From NCBI GenBank assembly GCA_038065455.1, contig JBBTQX010000002.1, positions 32,001 through 96,000 of the forward strand: 64,000 bases of DNA. The letters are read 5' to 3'. Shown here in pieces: positions 36,702-45,642 of the stretch (position 1 is the stretch's first letter; each line of letters begins with the position of its first letter). This stretch comes from Patescibacteria group bacterium (lineage in GTDB: Bacteria > Patescibacteriota > Minisyncoccia > UBA6257 > GWB1-50-10). The position numbers and the translations under genes are program-made. The notes beneath the pieces are model-generated. The model was not told where the DNA came from. It worked only from the letters and a program-made list of their open reading frames with translations, and made no database searches.

Positions 36702-37589
36702 TTATTTTATCACAAAAAACCTTAATATGTCATCCGTGGCCTCGAATTTCACCAAGCCGTCCCGATCGGTGCGAAATATCTTCGCGCCGACATCCGCTAA
36801 CCGATTCAAAGCTTCTTTTGTCGGATGGCCGTAGGAATTCTTCCCTACTTCTATAACCGCGACTTTCGGCCTGATCGAATCCAAGAAATTCGCCGAAGAC
36901 GAGAATTTCGAGCCGTGATGCCCGACTTTCAAAATATCCACCTTGTCCGCCATATCCGCCATTATTTTATTTTCCGTTTCCTCACCCATATCGCCGGTGA
37001 AAAGTGCGCGAGTGTTTTTGCTTTCTAGCTCGAGTACCAGTGCGGTCTCATTCAAACTGTCTCCGGAAGCAATGGTGTTCTTCGGAGGCCAAAGCACTTT
37101 CATTCTACTTGCACCGTACCGGATGACATCCCCCGCCGCAAGCGTTATAAGCGGGATATTCTTGTCTTTTATCGTTTTTATAAGCTCTTTCGCCGCCGAA
37201 GTGTCTTTCGGCACGCCGTTCCAAACAAACGCGCCGATGCGATAGCGTTTCAATACTTCCATTAGACCGCCGAAATGGTCCAATTCGGCATGACTCAAAG
37301 CGACGATGTCTATATAATGATCGCGCGAAGGCAATATCTTGTCCAAATTCTCGAGCACCAACGAGTCCGGCGGCCCGCCGTCAATGAGAATCTTCGCCCC
37401 GCCCGGAAATTTGACGAGTTCGCTGTCCCCTTGGCCCACCGACAGGAAATAAAGAGATAATCTGTCTTTTTCCGAAGCGTCGGCTCCGATTTGCCGGAAA
37501 ACAAGAATATCCAGAATAAAAAACAAAGTCAGCCAGAAAACGACTTTCCCGAAATTATTCCCGATGAATTTACGAATGAATTCCTTCAT
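36702..37589 (-). CDS. ComEC-associated metallo-beta-lactamase-fold nuclease
   Basis: VGQGDS, LIDGG, SHAELDHFGG, FTGD, LKVGHHGS, YGHP. Confidence 0.9.
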   Translation of the reverse strand: MKEFIRKFIGNNFGKVVFWLTLFFILDILVFRQIGADASEKDRLSLYFLSVGQGDSELVKFPGGAKILIDGGPPDSLVLENLDKILPSRDHYIDIVALSHAELDHFGGLMEVLKRYRIGAFVWNGVPKDTSAAKELIKTIKDKNIPLITLAAGDVIRYGASRMKVLWPPKNTIASGDSLNETALVLELESKNTRALFTGDMGEETENKIMADMADKVDILKVGHHGSKFSSSANFLDSIRPKVAVIEVGKNSYGHPTKEALNRLADVGAKIFRTDRDGLVKFEATDDILRFFVIK

Positions 37590-37607
37590 TTTTCCATCTT
37601 CGTGCCC

Positions 37608-39092
37608 TTATCCCCAGGGTGGTGTCTTTAAAGACACCACCCTGTTTTTCGACGTTTTCAAAATGAAAGTTGCGATTGCCAGATAATAAGCAACAATAAA
37701 AATCCAACCCAAAGACACGCTTAGAGATAGATTGAAGTTGCCGAAGAATTCTATCAGTCCCGTCTCGACTTTCAATAGCGGCCAAACGAACCAGCCGGCG
37801 ATGAGCGCGAGATAATGCGAGATGCCGGAGAGAACGGCGACGGCGAAGCCGAGCATCATCGTATACGGAATAAGCTCCAGAACCAGAACATTCGAGATGA
37901 GCGAAATAGGCGAAAAATTCCCGAAGTTCTGGATTAATATCGGAAGAACCATAAGCTGAGCGGAGCCGGTCATCAGGAGATTCTCCCGCCAGGAAAAAGT
38001 TTCTTTTTTCCCGCCGACCGGCAAATTGAAAAGCTCTTCGAGCGCCGGCTTCAAATATACGATGCCGATGAGCGCGAGGAATGAAAGTTCAAAACCGGCA
38101 TCGAATACCAACACCTTGGGATTTATAAGCACCATCAAGAGTCCCGCTAAAGTTATGGCATTCCGCGGATTGAAGATGCGGCCGCTCTCGGTCGCAACGA
38201 CGACGAGCGCGCCCATAATCGCCGCTCGCACGACCGATGCCTCCGCTCCGGTCATAAGCACGAAGGCGACAAGGAAAATGAAGGCGACAATAAAAGCAGT
38301 CCTTCTTTTCAAGAATGAAGTGAGTAAAGCCATTGCCGCCACGATGACGATCGAGACGTTGTAGCCCGAAAGCGCGACCAGGTGCGTCGTGCCGCTTATC
38401 TGCATCGCCACTTTGAACTCGGGAGAAAAATCGCTCCGCTCACCCAAGGTCAGGCCGGAAAGAAAAGCCGCTTCCTCGACCGGCAATATCTCTCCGAAAT
38501 TATCCACAGTGGAATTCTTGAGATTGAATAAAAAAGATTTGAAGGGCGCGCCCTTATCTTCCGCGATTAGCTTAACTTCGGGATATGAAACAATTCCGCT
38601 TATTCCCTCCTTCGCCAGATATTGGGCATAGCCTGCCTGCGCAGGCAGGCCTCCCAATTCCGGTTTTTTGACCGCGCCATTTACCGAAATCAAGTCGCCA
38701 TAATGGAATTCGGGATAGCGCGGAGCATTTACGAGAATTTTCACCTTGGCGCCGGAAAATTCCGTTTGGACGTAAAGATTTTGATAACTCCCCCTTGGGG
38801 CGGGATTATTCACCACCAATCCCTGGAAATTGAGCTTTTCTCCGGTCGGAATATACTTTTCAGTAAAATTCCTATCGTCGGCGGCCGAATAAAGCGCACC
38901 GATGGCTATAAAGGCCGAAAGTCCCGCAATCCAAAAAAACCGCCGGCTCTTCTTCCAAAATCCCAGCGAAACAAAAACAGCCGCGCCAGCGGCCGTCAAA
39001 ACCAATATCCAGAAATTCAAATGGAGGCTCTCTAACCCTACTCCAAAAAGAAAGAAAATCGAACCGAAAAAGAAAATATTATACGGCTCCAT
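37608..39092 (-). CDS. comEC: ComEC/Rec2 competence channel
   Basis: GTTHLVALSGYNV, ASVVRAAIMG, NPKVLVFDAGFELSF. Confidence 0.9.
   Translation of the reverse strand: MEPYNIFFFGSIFFLFGVGLESLHLNFWILVLTAAGAAVFVSLGFWKKSRRFFWIAGLSAFIAIGALYSAADDRNFTEKYIPTGEKLNFQGLVVNNPAPRGSYQNLYVQTEFSGAKVKILVNAPRYPEFHYGDLISVNGAVKKPELGGLPAQAGYAQYLAKEGISGIVSYPEVKLIAEDKGAPFKSFLFNLKNSTVDNFGEILPVEEAAFLSGLTLGERSDFSPEFKVAMQISGTTHLVALSGYNVSIVIVAAMALLTSFLKRRTAFIVAFIFLVAFVLMTGAEASVVRAAIMGALVVVATESGRIFNPRNAITLAGLLMVLINPKVLVFDAGFELSFLALIGIVYLKPALEELFNLPVGGKKETFSWRENLLMTGSAQLMVLPILIQNFGNFSPISLISNVLVLELIPYTMMLGFAVAVLSGISHYLALIAGWFVWPLLKVETGLIEFFGNFNLSLSVSLGWIFIVAYYLAIATFILKTSKNRVVSLKTPPWG
37615..37644. repeat. Family C perfect palindrome, copy 2 (inside the comEC 3' end)
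   Basis: CAGGGTGGTGTCTTTAAAGACACCACCCTG (30 bp). Confidence 0.9.
38631..38650. repeat. 20-bp perfect palindrome within comEC
   Basis: GCCTGCCTGCGCAGGCAGGC, read as (G)LPAQAG. Confidence 0.8.
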
Positions 39093-40219
39093 TATAAAAT
39101 TATACCACCGCCTAGCATACGTCGACCGCGCAGACCAGCCAAAAATCCCGCTTCGTAAAAGACGGCCGACTGGCCGGGAGCGACGAATTTGACCGGTTTT
39201 GAAAAAATCAATTTATATTTCCCGCCCTCTTCTTTTATAAGCGTTGCCGGAATGAGCGGCTGGCGATACCGAACTCTGGCAAAAACTGATAACTTATGAC
39301 CTATAACTTGAAACTTACTAACGAGTTTTGGGTTTATAAAATGCGTGTCTGCTAACTCTATCTCTTTTTTGAAAAGCGCCGGATTGTCGCTTCCCAGCGC
39401 GACTACAAGTGTGTTCGTATTGATGTTTTTATCCGCAACGTAAAGCGGTTTTTGGAATTTGGTATTTGGGATTTGGATTTTGGCGCCCAAATGTCTTTGC
39501 CCAATCGTATAGAACTGGGCGCCCATGTGCTCCCCCATCTTCCGGCCTTCCGTATCGACGATCGGCCCTTTTTTCGGCTTGATATAATCTTTCAAAAATT
39601 CATCGAGTTCCACCTCGCCCAAAAAGCATATCCCTTGAGAATCTTTCTTTTCCGCCGTCGGCAATCCCGCTTCTTTCGCTATTCTCCGCACTTCGGGCTT
39701 CACATAATCCCCGATCGGAAAAAGGCAGTGTTTCAATTGTTCCTGTGTGAGCGTCCACAGGAAATAAGATTGGTCTTTGTTTTTATCTCTAGCCTCAAGG
39801 AGAGAAAATGCATTTTCTCTCTCCGCGAGCCGTACATAATGACCGGTCGCGATATAATCCGCGCCCATCTCGAGCGCCTTCTTGAAAAATAAGCCGAATT
39901 TAATTTCCTTATTGCACATCACATCCGGATTGGGTGTGAGCCCGCTCCGATAGCCCACTACCATATACTCCACCACTTCCTTCTTATATTCCTTTTCAAA
40001 ATCAAAAACGTAGAATGGAACGCCTAAATGTGCGGCCGCCCGCCGAGCATCTTCCGCATCACGTTCGGCACAGCCGTCCACGTTGAATGAGCGGATAAAA
40101 ACGCCAGTGATATTATATCCCTGTTTCTGTAGCAAATAAGTGGCTACGGAAGAATCCACTCCGCCCGATAAGCCAACAAAGACCCTTCGCTTCTGCTCAG
40201 GGCAGACCTTTTTACTCAT
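39092..40219 (-). CDS. mnmA: tRNA-specific 2-thiouridylase
   Basis: GLSGGVDSS, TPNPDVMCNKEIKF, ATGHY, KDQSYFL, DSQGICF, TIGQR, PGQSAV. Confidence 0.96.
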   Translation of the reverse strand: MSKKVCPEQKRRVFVGLSGGVDSSVATYLLQKQGYNITGVFIRSFNVDGCAERDAEDARRAAAHLGVPFYVFDFEKEYKKEVVEYMVVGYRSGLTPNPDVMCNKEIKFGLFFKKALEMGADYIATGHYVRLAERENAFSLLEARDKNKDQSYFLWTLTQEQLKHCLFPIGDYVKPEVRRIAKEAGLPTAEKKDSQGICFLGEVELDEFLKDYIKPKKGPIVDTEGRKMGEHMGAQFYTIGQRHLGAKIQIPNTKFQKPLYVADKNINTNTLVVALGSDNPALFKKEIELADTHFINPKLVSKFQVIGHKLSVFARVRYRQPLIPATLIKEEGGKYKLIFSKPVKFVAPGQSAVFYEAGFLAGLRGRRMLGGGIIL

Positions 40220-40791
40220 ACTTTCTCCACGCGCTCCACGTACTCGCCTGTTGTCGTATTCACTCTCAAAATATCGCCTTCATTGATGAAGAGAGGAGCA
40301 TCCACCTTCGCGCCCGTTTCGAGCGTCACCACTTTCGTACCGCCTTGGGCCGTATTGCCCTTCACGGCCGGCGGAGCTTCGGTCACTTTCAAATCCATTT
40401 TTATCGGCAATTCCACATTGATAACCTTCTCGCCGAATTTATAGGCCGTTACTTCCAGATTGGTTTTGAGAAATTGGGCGGCCTTGCCGATAACGTCGAC
40501 GCTCAAGGTAAAGCGGTTTTTGGGATTACCTTTTTCGTTGAACCAAAATTCGCCGCGGCTCTGATAAATGAATATCACCGTCGTCGTGTCTATCTCGGCT
40601 TCCTCATATTCCTCGTTTTGGTGGGCGGAATAGTCCACCACCTTGCCGTTCACTAGATTCTCGATTTTGAGCTGGACGACTGGCTTCCTCTGTTGCATCC
40701 GGACGAAGGCGTATTCTATCACCTTCCACGGCTCGCCATCCTTGATGAAAACCGTGCCTATCTTCAACTCGTTATAGGATAATCTGGACAT
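40216..40791 (-). CDS. efp: Elongation factor P
   Basis: VELP, PAVKGNT, TLETG, PLFINEGD, GEYVER. Confidence 0.93.
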   Translation of the reverse strand: MSRLSYNELKIGTVFIKDGEPWKVIEYAFVRMQQRKPVVQLKIENLVNGKVVDYSAHQNEEYEEAEIDTTTVIFIYQSRGEFWFNEKGNPKNRFTLSVDVIGKAAQFLKTNLEVTAYKFGEKVINVELPIKMDLKVTEAPPAVKGNTAQGGTKVVTLETGAKVDAPLFINEGDILRVNTTTGEYVERVEKV

Positions 40792-40792
40792 A

Positions 40793-40929
40793 CCAGGTAG
40801 TGAAAATGCGATTTAAAATCGCGATAATTTGATTAATTTTTATAATAGATGACCTTTTATGTATCTTTTTACAATGCTGGGCAATAAATACGACTTAAAC
40901 TTGTTTCCAGTCGCATTTCTACTACCTGG
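40793..40929. mobile_element. Family B IR element, short copy (B2) at the efp start
   Basis: CCAGGTAGTGAAAATGCGA / TCGCATTTCTACTACCTGG flanked by a CATA direct repeat (40789-40792, 40930-40933). Confidence 0.8.
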
Positions 40930-41013
40930 CATAATTGCTGACTATTCTATTCAAAATCCGGAAGATTTGCAAATTCCTTTAGAAATCAGCCAATAACATA
41001 TTTAAGTGAAGCG

Positions 41014-41157
41014 CGGCATGATAAAAAAGTGGGTAAAAGCTCCGCTTTTTATCGACATCACTCGGACAAAACAAAAACATTGTTTTTGCTTTGCTCCTCG
41101 CTCGTCGATATAAGACTTGGCCTAGCGGCCCGGAGCGCACACTTTTTTGGCGTGCCG
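41014..41157. repeat. Long nested hairpin sharing 28 bp with the insert in tgt
   Basis: CGGCATG/CGTGCCG, AAAAAAGTG/CACTTTTTT, GCTCCG/CGGAGC, TATCGAC/GTCGATA, CAAAAACA/TGTTTTTG; 41111-41138 identical to 54140-54167. Confidence 0.7.
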
Positions 41158-41171
41158 AACCTAGCTTAGCG

Positions 41172-43022
41172 CTACTCTATCTTCGTGAGTGCGCTTTTCA
41201 AAGCATCTTTGAGACTCTCCACGCTCATTTCCTCTTTCGGATCTTTAGTTCTTTTTTCCTCATGAGGCTTGGATAATTCCGAAAGAGACACTCCGGGCCT
41301 TCCCGTTTCTTCCATAAAAGGTTTTTCTTCAAAGGCGGCCGAGTGTTGCGGCCGAGCAATTTCTGGCTTCACGAACGCAGGTTTGGGCTTGGGTTTGAAG
41401 ACCTCGAAAGCTTTCTTTATCGGCTGGAAGTTTTCTCTCTTCGGAGCGGCTGGCGCCTGCGTCTTCTGCTGTTCGAATTCGATGCCTAAAACGGCTAAAT
41501 CGGAGTATTGCTGATTCTGCACCTGGGGCGAAGGAGCGAATTCTCGGTCGGACGGAATCGGTTTCAATTCCCCCGCTTTTATCTTCGCGAGGCAATCCTG
41601 GCAGTAGACCGGCCGGCCCGGCTGAGGTTCAAAAGGAACGGTCGTTGTTTTCCCGCACGATGAGCAGACCACCTGGTATTTGCCAGAAGCGCTGATTGGC
41701 CCACTCGCGGTCATACCCGGTCCACCCATGCCACTCCATTCGTTGATTTCTTTCTCCACCATCCAGGACGGCCGGGCATAGCGCTTTTTGGAATTTTCTA
41801 TGATGGTATTCACGAGCTCGGAAGATGAGTTCACTTTGAAACCCGGCAGGGTTTTGGCCGAAAATGGCCGGCTCGTCACGCCGTCCACCATCAGTTTCAG
41901 GTAGATGGTATAGTTCGGAAGATTGACGAAATCCGCCGGGACGAATTCCGGATCGAACTCACTTTCCAAAAATTCGGCATCCGCCGCGCCCACCCGGAAA
42001 CAAATCATCGTGCCGACGTTGCCGAAAACCGCGTCGCGCACCTTGGTGGAAACATCGGTCACCAATTGGCCGATATATTGATGGGCCAGGATAAGGTCCA
42101 ATCGATATTTTCTGGATTCGGAAAGAATACTGGCGAAGGAATCGGTCGCGAAGTTCTGGAATTCGTCCACATAAAGGTAGAAATCCACGCGCTCGTCTTC
42201 GGGCACACGCACGCGCTCCATCGAAGCAAGCTGGATTTTTGTGATGAGCATCGCGCCCAAAAGCGCCGAGTTGTCTTCTCCGATCCGGCCCTTCGATACA
42301 TTCACGATGAATATCTTTCCGGAATTCATTATGTCAAAGATATCGATCGTACTCTTGGATTGGCCGACGATATTCCGCACGACGGAAGTCGAAAGGAATT
42401 GGCCGACTTTGTTTTGAATCGGGGCGATGGCTTCGTTGCGGAACTGGTCTTTCCATTCCTCGTATTCGTTCAACCAAAAAGCCTTCACGACCGGGTCTTT
42501 GATGTTCCCAACGATTTTCTGGCGGTACTCTTTGTCCACAAGAAGCCGGGTGATGCCCAAAAGAGTGGAGCCGGGCGTGTCCAAGAGCGCGAGAATCGCG
42601 TTATTCAAAATATATTCCATACGCGCCGACCAAACGCCGGACCAAATCTTCGTGAAGATGCTCATCAGGCCCGAAGCGGCCAAATGCTTGTATCTCGGGT
42701 CGGGCAGTTCCAAAACATTGAAGCCGATATGGGACTCCGTGTCGGCCGGGTTGAAATAAATAACGTCGTCCATCCGCTCCTTCGGAATCTTTTCCAATAT
42801 TCCTTCCGCCAATTCGCCGTGCGGGTCGATGACGCACAAACCCTCGCCGTTCGCGATATCCTGCGTAATGAGATTGTTCAGGAGGACGGACTTGCCCGTG
42901 CCGGTCTTGCCCACCACATACATATGCTGGCGGCGGTCCTTCCGCTTGATGCCAAAAAGCCGGTCGGCGTTCCGGAAATTCGTTCTCGCGAAATATGCGA
43001 CGTCTTTATCTATTTCAGCCAT
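41172..43022 (-). CDS. VirD4/TraG/HerA-like P-loop ATPase with a C-terminal CxxC-x17-CxxC zinc ribbon
   Basis: HMYVVGKTGTGKS, IDPHGEL, LYVDEFQNF, SESRKY, AHQY, CSSCG...PFEP...PVYCQDC. Confidence 0.85.
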   Translation of the reverse strand: MAEIDKDVAYFARTNFRNADRLFGIKRKDRRQHMYVVGKTGTGKSVLLNNLITQDIANGEGLCVIDPHGELAEGILEKIPKERMDDVIYFNPADTESHIGFNVLELPDPRYKHLAASGLMSIFTKIWSGVWSARMEYILNNAILALLDTPGSTLLGITRLLVDKEYRQKIVGNIKDPVVKAFWLNEYEEWKDQFRNEAIAPIQNKVGQFLSTSVVRNIVGQSKSTIDIFDIMNSGKIFIVNVSKGRIGEDNSALLGAMLITKIQLASMERVRVPEDERVDFYLYVDEFQNFATDSFASILSESRKYRLDLILAHQYIGQLVTDVSTKVRDAVFGNVGTMICFRVGAADAEFLESEFDPEFVPADFVNLPNYTIYLKLMVDGVTSRPFSAKTLPGFKVNSSSELVNTIIENSKKRYARPSWMVEKEINEWSGMGGPGMTASGPISASGKYQVVCSSCGKTTTVPFEPQPGRPVYCQDCLAKIKAGELKPIPSDREFAPSPQVQNQQYSDLAVLGIEFEQQKTQAPAAPKRENFQPIKKAFEVFKPKPKPAFVKPEIARPQHSAAFEEKPFMEETGRPGVSLSELSKPHEEKRTKDPKEEMSVESLKDALKSALTKIE

Positions 43023-43046
43023 CTTACTTATCTATTATACATCAAA

Positions 43047-43166
43047 TTACACGATTTCTTTCTGATAGCACTCCTCGCAAGCGATACGTTCATACCCCCA
43101 TTCAGGCAGAATATAAGTCGTGATTTCTTTCTTGCAGTGTTCGCAAATTATTTCTTTTCAATCCAT
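43047..43166 (-). pseudogene. Zinc-ribbon fragment with an in-frame TGA
   Basis: MD*KEIICEHCKKEITTYILPEWGYERIACEECYQKEIV*, resembling the C-terminus of 20143-21912. Confidence 0.5.
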
Positions 43167-43198
43167 ATATTTATATTATCTCCTTAAGATAACACGCC

Positions 43199-43555
43199 TT
43201 ACATCGGAATTTTCTGTATTTCAAAGATTAATAGGCCCTTGACCACCAAAGCGGAAAGTTCCCGGGAAACCTTGCGAGCGGTGGCGAACAAAATTACCTT
43301 TTTGCCTGCGCTTATCAATTTTTGAATTGGGTCGGCAAAATCGCTATCTCCGCTTCATAGTACGAACGTTTCCGCGCTGTTTCTTTCACAATCAATGAGC
43401 ATGTCAACGCCAATTTCCACGTCAAAATTGCATTTCATGTCCTGAATGAAATAATCCTTTTTCTTATTCATATCCTTCTCCAGGGTCGCCGTTTGGGACT
43501 CATAACCTATTGAACGGATATTTGATGATGAAATTAATATTCTTTGCATGAACAT
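43199..43555 (-). pseudogene. Chimeric remnant: KTSC-like N-terminus joined to an NYN C-terminal half, with an in-frame TGA
   Basis: MQRILISSSNIRSIGYE (KTSC-like), then KCNFDVEIGVDML...FVL*SGDSDFADPIQKL...KKVILF. Confidence 0.7.
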
Positions 43556-43627
43556 TTACGATTACTTGGATTATGCGAGATTTTCTTCAAAAAATAACCC
43601 GCTCGCGGGTTATTTTATTTTTCCGTC

Positions 43628-43822
43628 TTAACCGTTATCTCCGTCGCCGTCCTTCGAAGTTTCTTCGAATTCCAGTTCGGGTTCGGAAACTTTTTCATTT
43701 GTTTTTTTACCCTTTAAAATCATTCGGGAACAGTGAGCAATCCACATCCCTTTTATGATTCGATAAATCATAAAAATGGCTGCTATCGCGATTACGATGA
43801 CCCACCATCGAAGGCTCATCAT
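43628..43822 (-). CDS. Small single-TM hypothetical protein
   Basis: 64 aa; TATAAT 8 nt upstream; terminator-like hairpin AAAATAACCCGC-TC-GCGGGTTATTTT downstream. Confidence 0.5.
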   Translation of the reverse strand: MMSLRWWVIVIAIAAIFMIYRIIKGMWIAHCSRMILKGKKTNEKVSEPELEFEETSKDGDGDNG

Positions 43823-43856
43823 TTTCTGGAATTATACCATAGCTGATGCGTGTTCG

Positions 43857-44162
43857 TCAACCGATTATTCCCGACATCCATTCCTTATAGACCCGGTTTA
43901 TCCGCTTTACGTCTATCGCGGCCACAATCGGGGTGGAATACGAGTGGTTCTCGTGAATCATATCCTCTATATCCTGAATCTTGGATTCATTCGTCTTGAT
44001 GATAAGAGCGTACTCGTTTTCGCACTTCATCGCGCCCTCCCAGATATAGCAGGATTCAATCGGCCACATATTGACGCAGGCGGCCACTTTCCTTTCCACT
44101 ATCAATTTGGAGAGTTTGCGCGCTTCTTCGATATCTCGGCAGGTGGAGTAAATAAAAACCAT
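43857..44162 (-). CDS. cutA: Divalent-cation tolerance protein CutA
   Basis: AACVN, YIWEG, ENEYALIIKT, HSYSTP. Confidence 0.9.
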   Translation of the reverse strand: MVFIYSTCRDIEEARKLSKLIVERKVAACVNMWPIESCYIWEGAMKCENEYALIIKTNESKIQDIEDMIHENHSYSTPIVAAIDVKRINRVYKEWMSGIIG

Positions 44163-44185
44163 ATATTTAATTATACTCCTTTTTT

Positions 44186-45640
44186 CTATATCAAAGGCTC
44201 CGGCGTGTCGTCCTTCTTGGCGGCCGCTCCGCCTCCGGAATTTCCCGTAATGGCCGCCTTTTCCTGGGCACTCCGGAAGATGCCTGCCTCCTCCTCGGCG
44301 AGAAGTTTCTTGGCCGCGTCGGCCAGAATGGTGTATTTCGCCCGCGAAGCTTTAATAATTTTTTCTTTGAATGAGCTGTGGGGCGGCGGAAGAATCTTGA
44401 GCGTTTCGGCGGAGAAGGGGTCATAGGTCTCGCCATCAATCGTCATTTTTATGTAAAATTCTTGCATCCCGAGATTGATCATATCCTTGGATTTGAATAT
44501 CGGGGTCATTTCGGATTCCAATCGCGCGGCATCTTCGCCGCCCACTCGAAAAACGATAATACTCCCCGTATTACCCAAAACCGCCGCCTGAATCTGCGGA
44601 ATCAATTGTTGCATATATTGATGCGCCACCGTAAGACAAAGACCGTACTTCCGTGCTTCGGAAAGTAGATTCTCGAAAGTTTCCGTCACGAGGCTATGGA
44701 ACTCATCTATATAAAGATAGAAATCGTGCCGCTTGGATTCGGCCAGGGACGCCCGAGCCATGCCGGCCTGTTTTATTTTTGTAACGAACATCGAGCCGAA
44801 GAAACTGGAATTCTCCTCGCCCAGCTTTCCTTTTGAGAGATTGATGAGAATTATTTTCTTCTGATTCATCAGTTCTTCCAAGTTTATTTTATTCTCCTTC
44901 TGGCCGAAGATGTTCCGGAGGAGCGGATTAGAAAGAAACTGGCCGAGCTTGTTCACCAAAGGAATAATGGCATCGGTATCGAACTTCTCCGACCAGTCGG
45001 CGAACTCAATCGCCCAAAAGCGCTTGACCATATCGTCTTCGATGTACTCCACCACTTTCTGGCGGTAATTGCGGTCGTTCAAAAGCGAGATCATTCCACG
45101 CATGGTGGCGTAGGGATAGTCCAGCAGCGCAAGACAGGTGAAGCGGAAAACGTGCTCCAGCCGTGGCGTCCAATTCGCGCCGAATTGTTTTTCCATCACC
45201 TCAATAAGGCCTTGGGTGAGCTGATGTTTGAAAGATGGATCGATATTGGCGAGTGGATTGAATGAAACCGGGTATTCCGCGTCCGATGGGTCGATGATGC
45301 AGACGTCGTCGACGCGGTTTTCCGGAATGGCATCAAGAATTGCGTCAATCACGTCGCCGTGCGGGTCCATCAGGCACAATCCATAACCGTAGGCGATATC
45401 CTGACGGATTAGAAGCTCCAAAAGTTTGGACTTACCCACGCCGCTCTTGCCGACTATGTAGATATGGCGCCGGCGATCCACCCGCTTAATGCCGAAAACG
45501 AAGCGCTTTTCCTCGAGGGCCGCGATGTAGTTCGTACGCCCGATATAGGAAATTTCACTCGCGTCGGCCCTGCCGTAGACCGGGAGTTCCGGCGGCGGCG
45601 GGGCATACTTGATTATTTGAAGCTTTCCGGCTTTTGGCAT
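44186..45640 (-). CDS. Second VirD4/TraG/HerA-like P-loop ATPase
   Basis: HIYIVGKSGVGKS, MDPHGD, LYIDEFH, SEARKY, AHQY. Confidence 0.85.
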   Translation of the reverse strand: MPKAGKLQIIKYAPPPPELPVYGRADASEISYIGRTNYIAALEEKRFVFGIKRVDRRRHIYIVGKSGVGKSKLLELLIRQDIAYGYGLCLMDPHGDVIDAILDAIPENRVDDVCIIDPSDAEYPVSFNPLANIDPSFKHQLTQGLIEVMEKQFGANWTPRLEHVFRFTCLALLDYPYATMRGMISLLNDRNYRQKVVEYIEDDMVKRFWAIEFADWSEKFDTDAIIPLVNKLGQFLSNPLLRNIFGQKENKINLEELMNQKKIILINLSKGKLGEENSSFFGSMFVTKIKQAGMARASLAESKRHDFYLYIDEFHSLVTETFENLLSEARKYGLCLTVAHQYMQQLIPQIQAAVLGNTGSIIVFRVGGEDAARLESEMTPIFKSKDMINLGMQEFYIKMTIDGETYDPFSAETLKILPPPHSSFKEKIIKASRAKYTILADAAKKLLAEEEAGIFRSAQEKAAITGNSGGGAAAKKDDTPEPLI

Positions 45641-45642
45641 TT

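Noticed and set aside
43047-43555. In-frame TGA codons as evidence of genetic code 25 or 4
   Set aside because: TGA ends intact genes here (e.g. ATGA overlaps at 3905-3908, 5525-5528, 23165-23168) and core genes lack internal TGA; the region is decayed.
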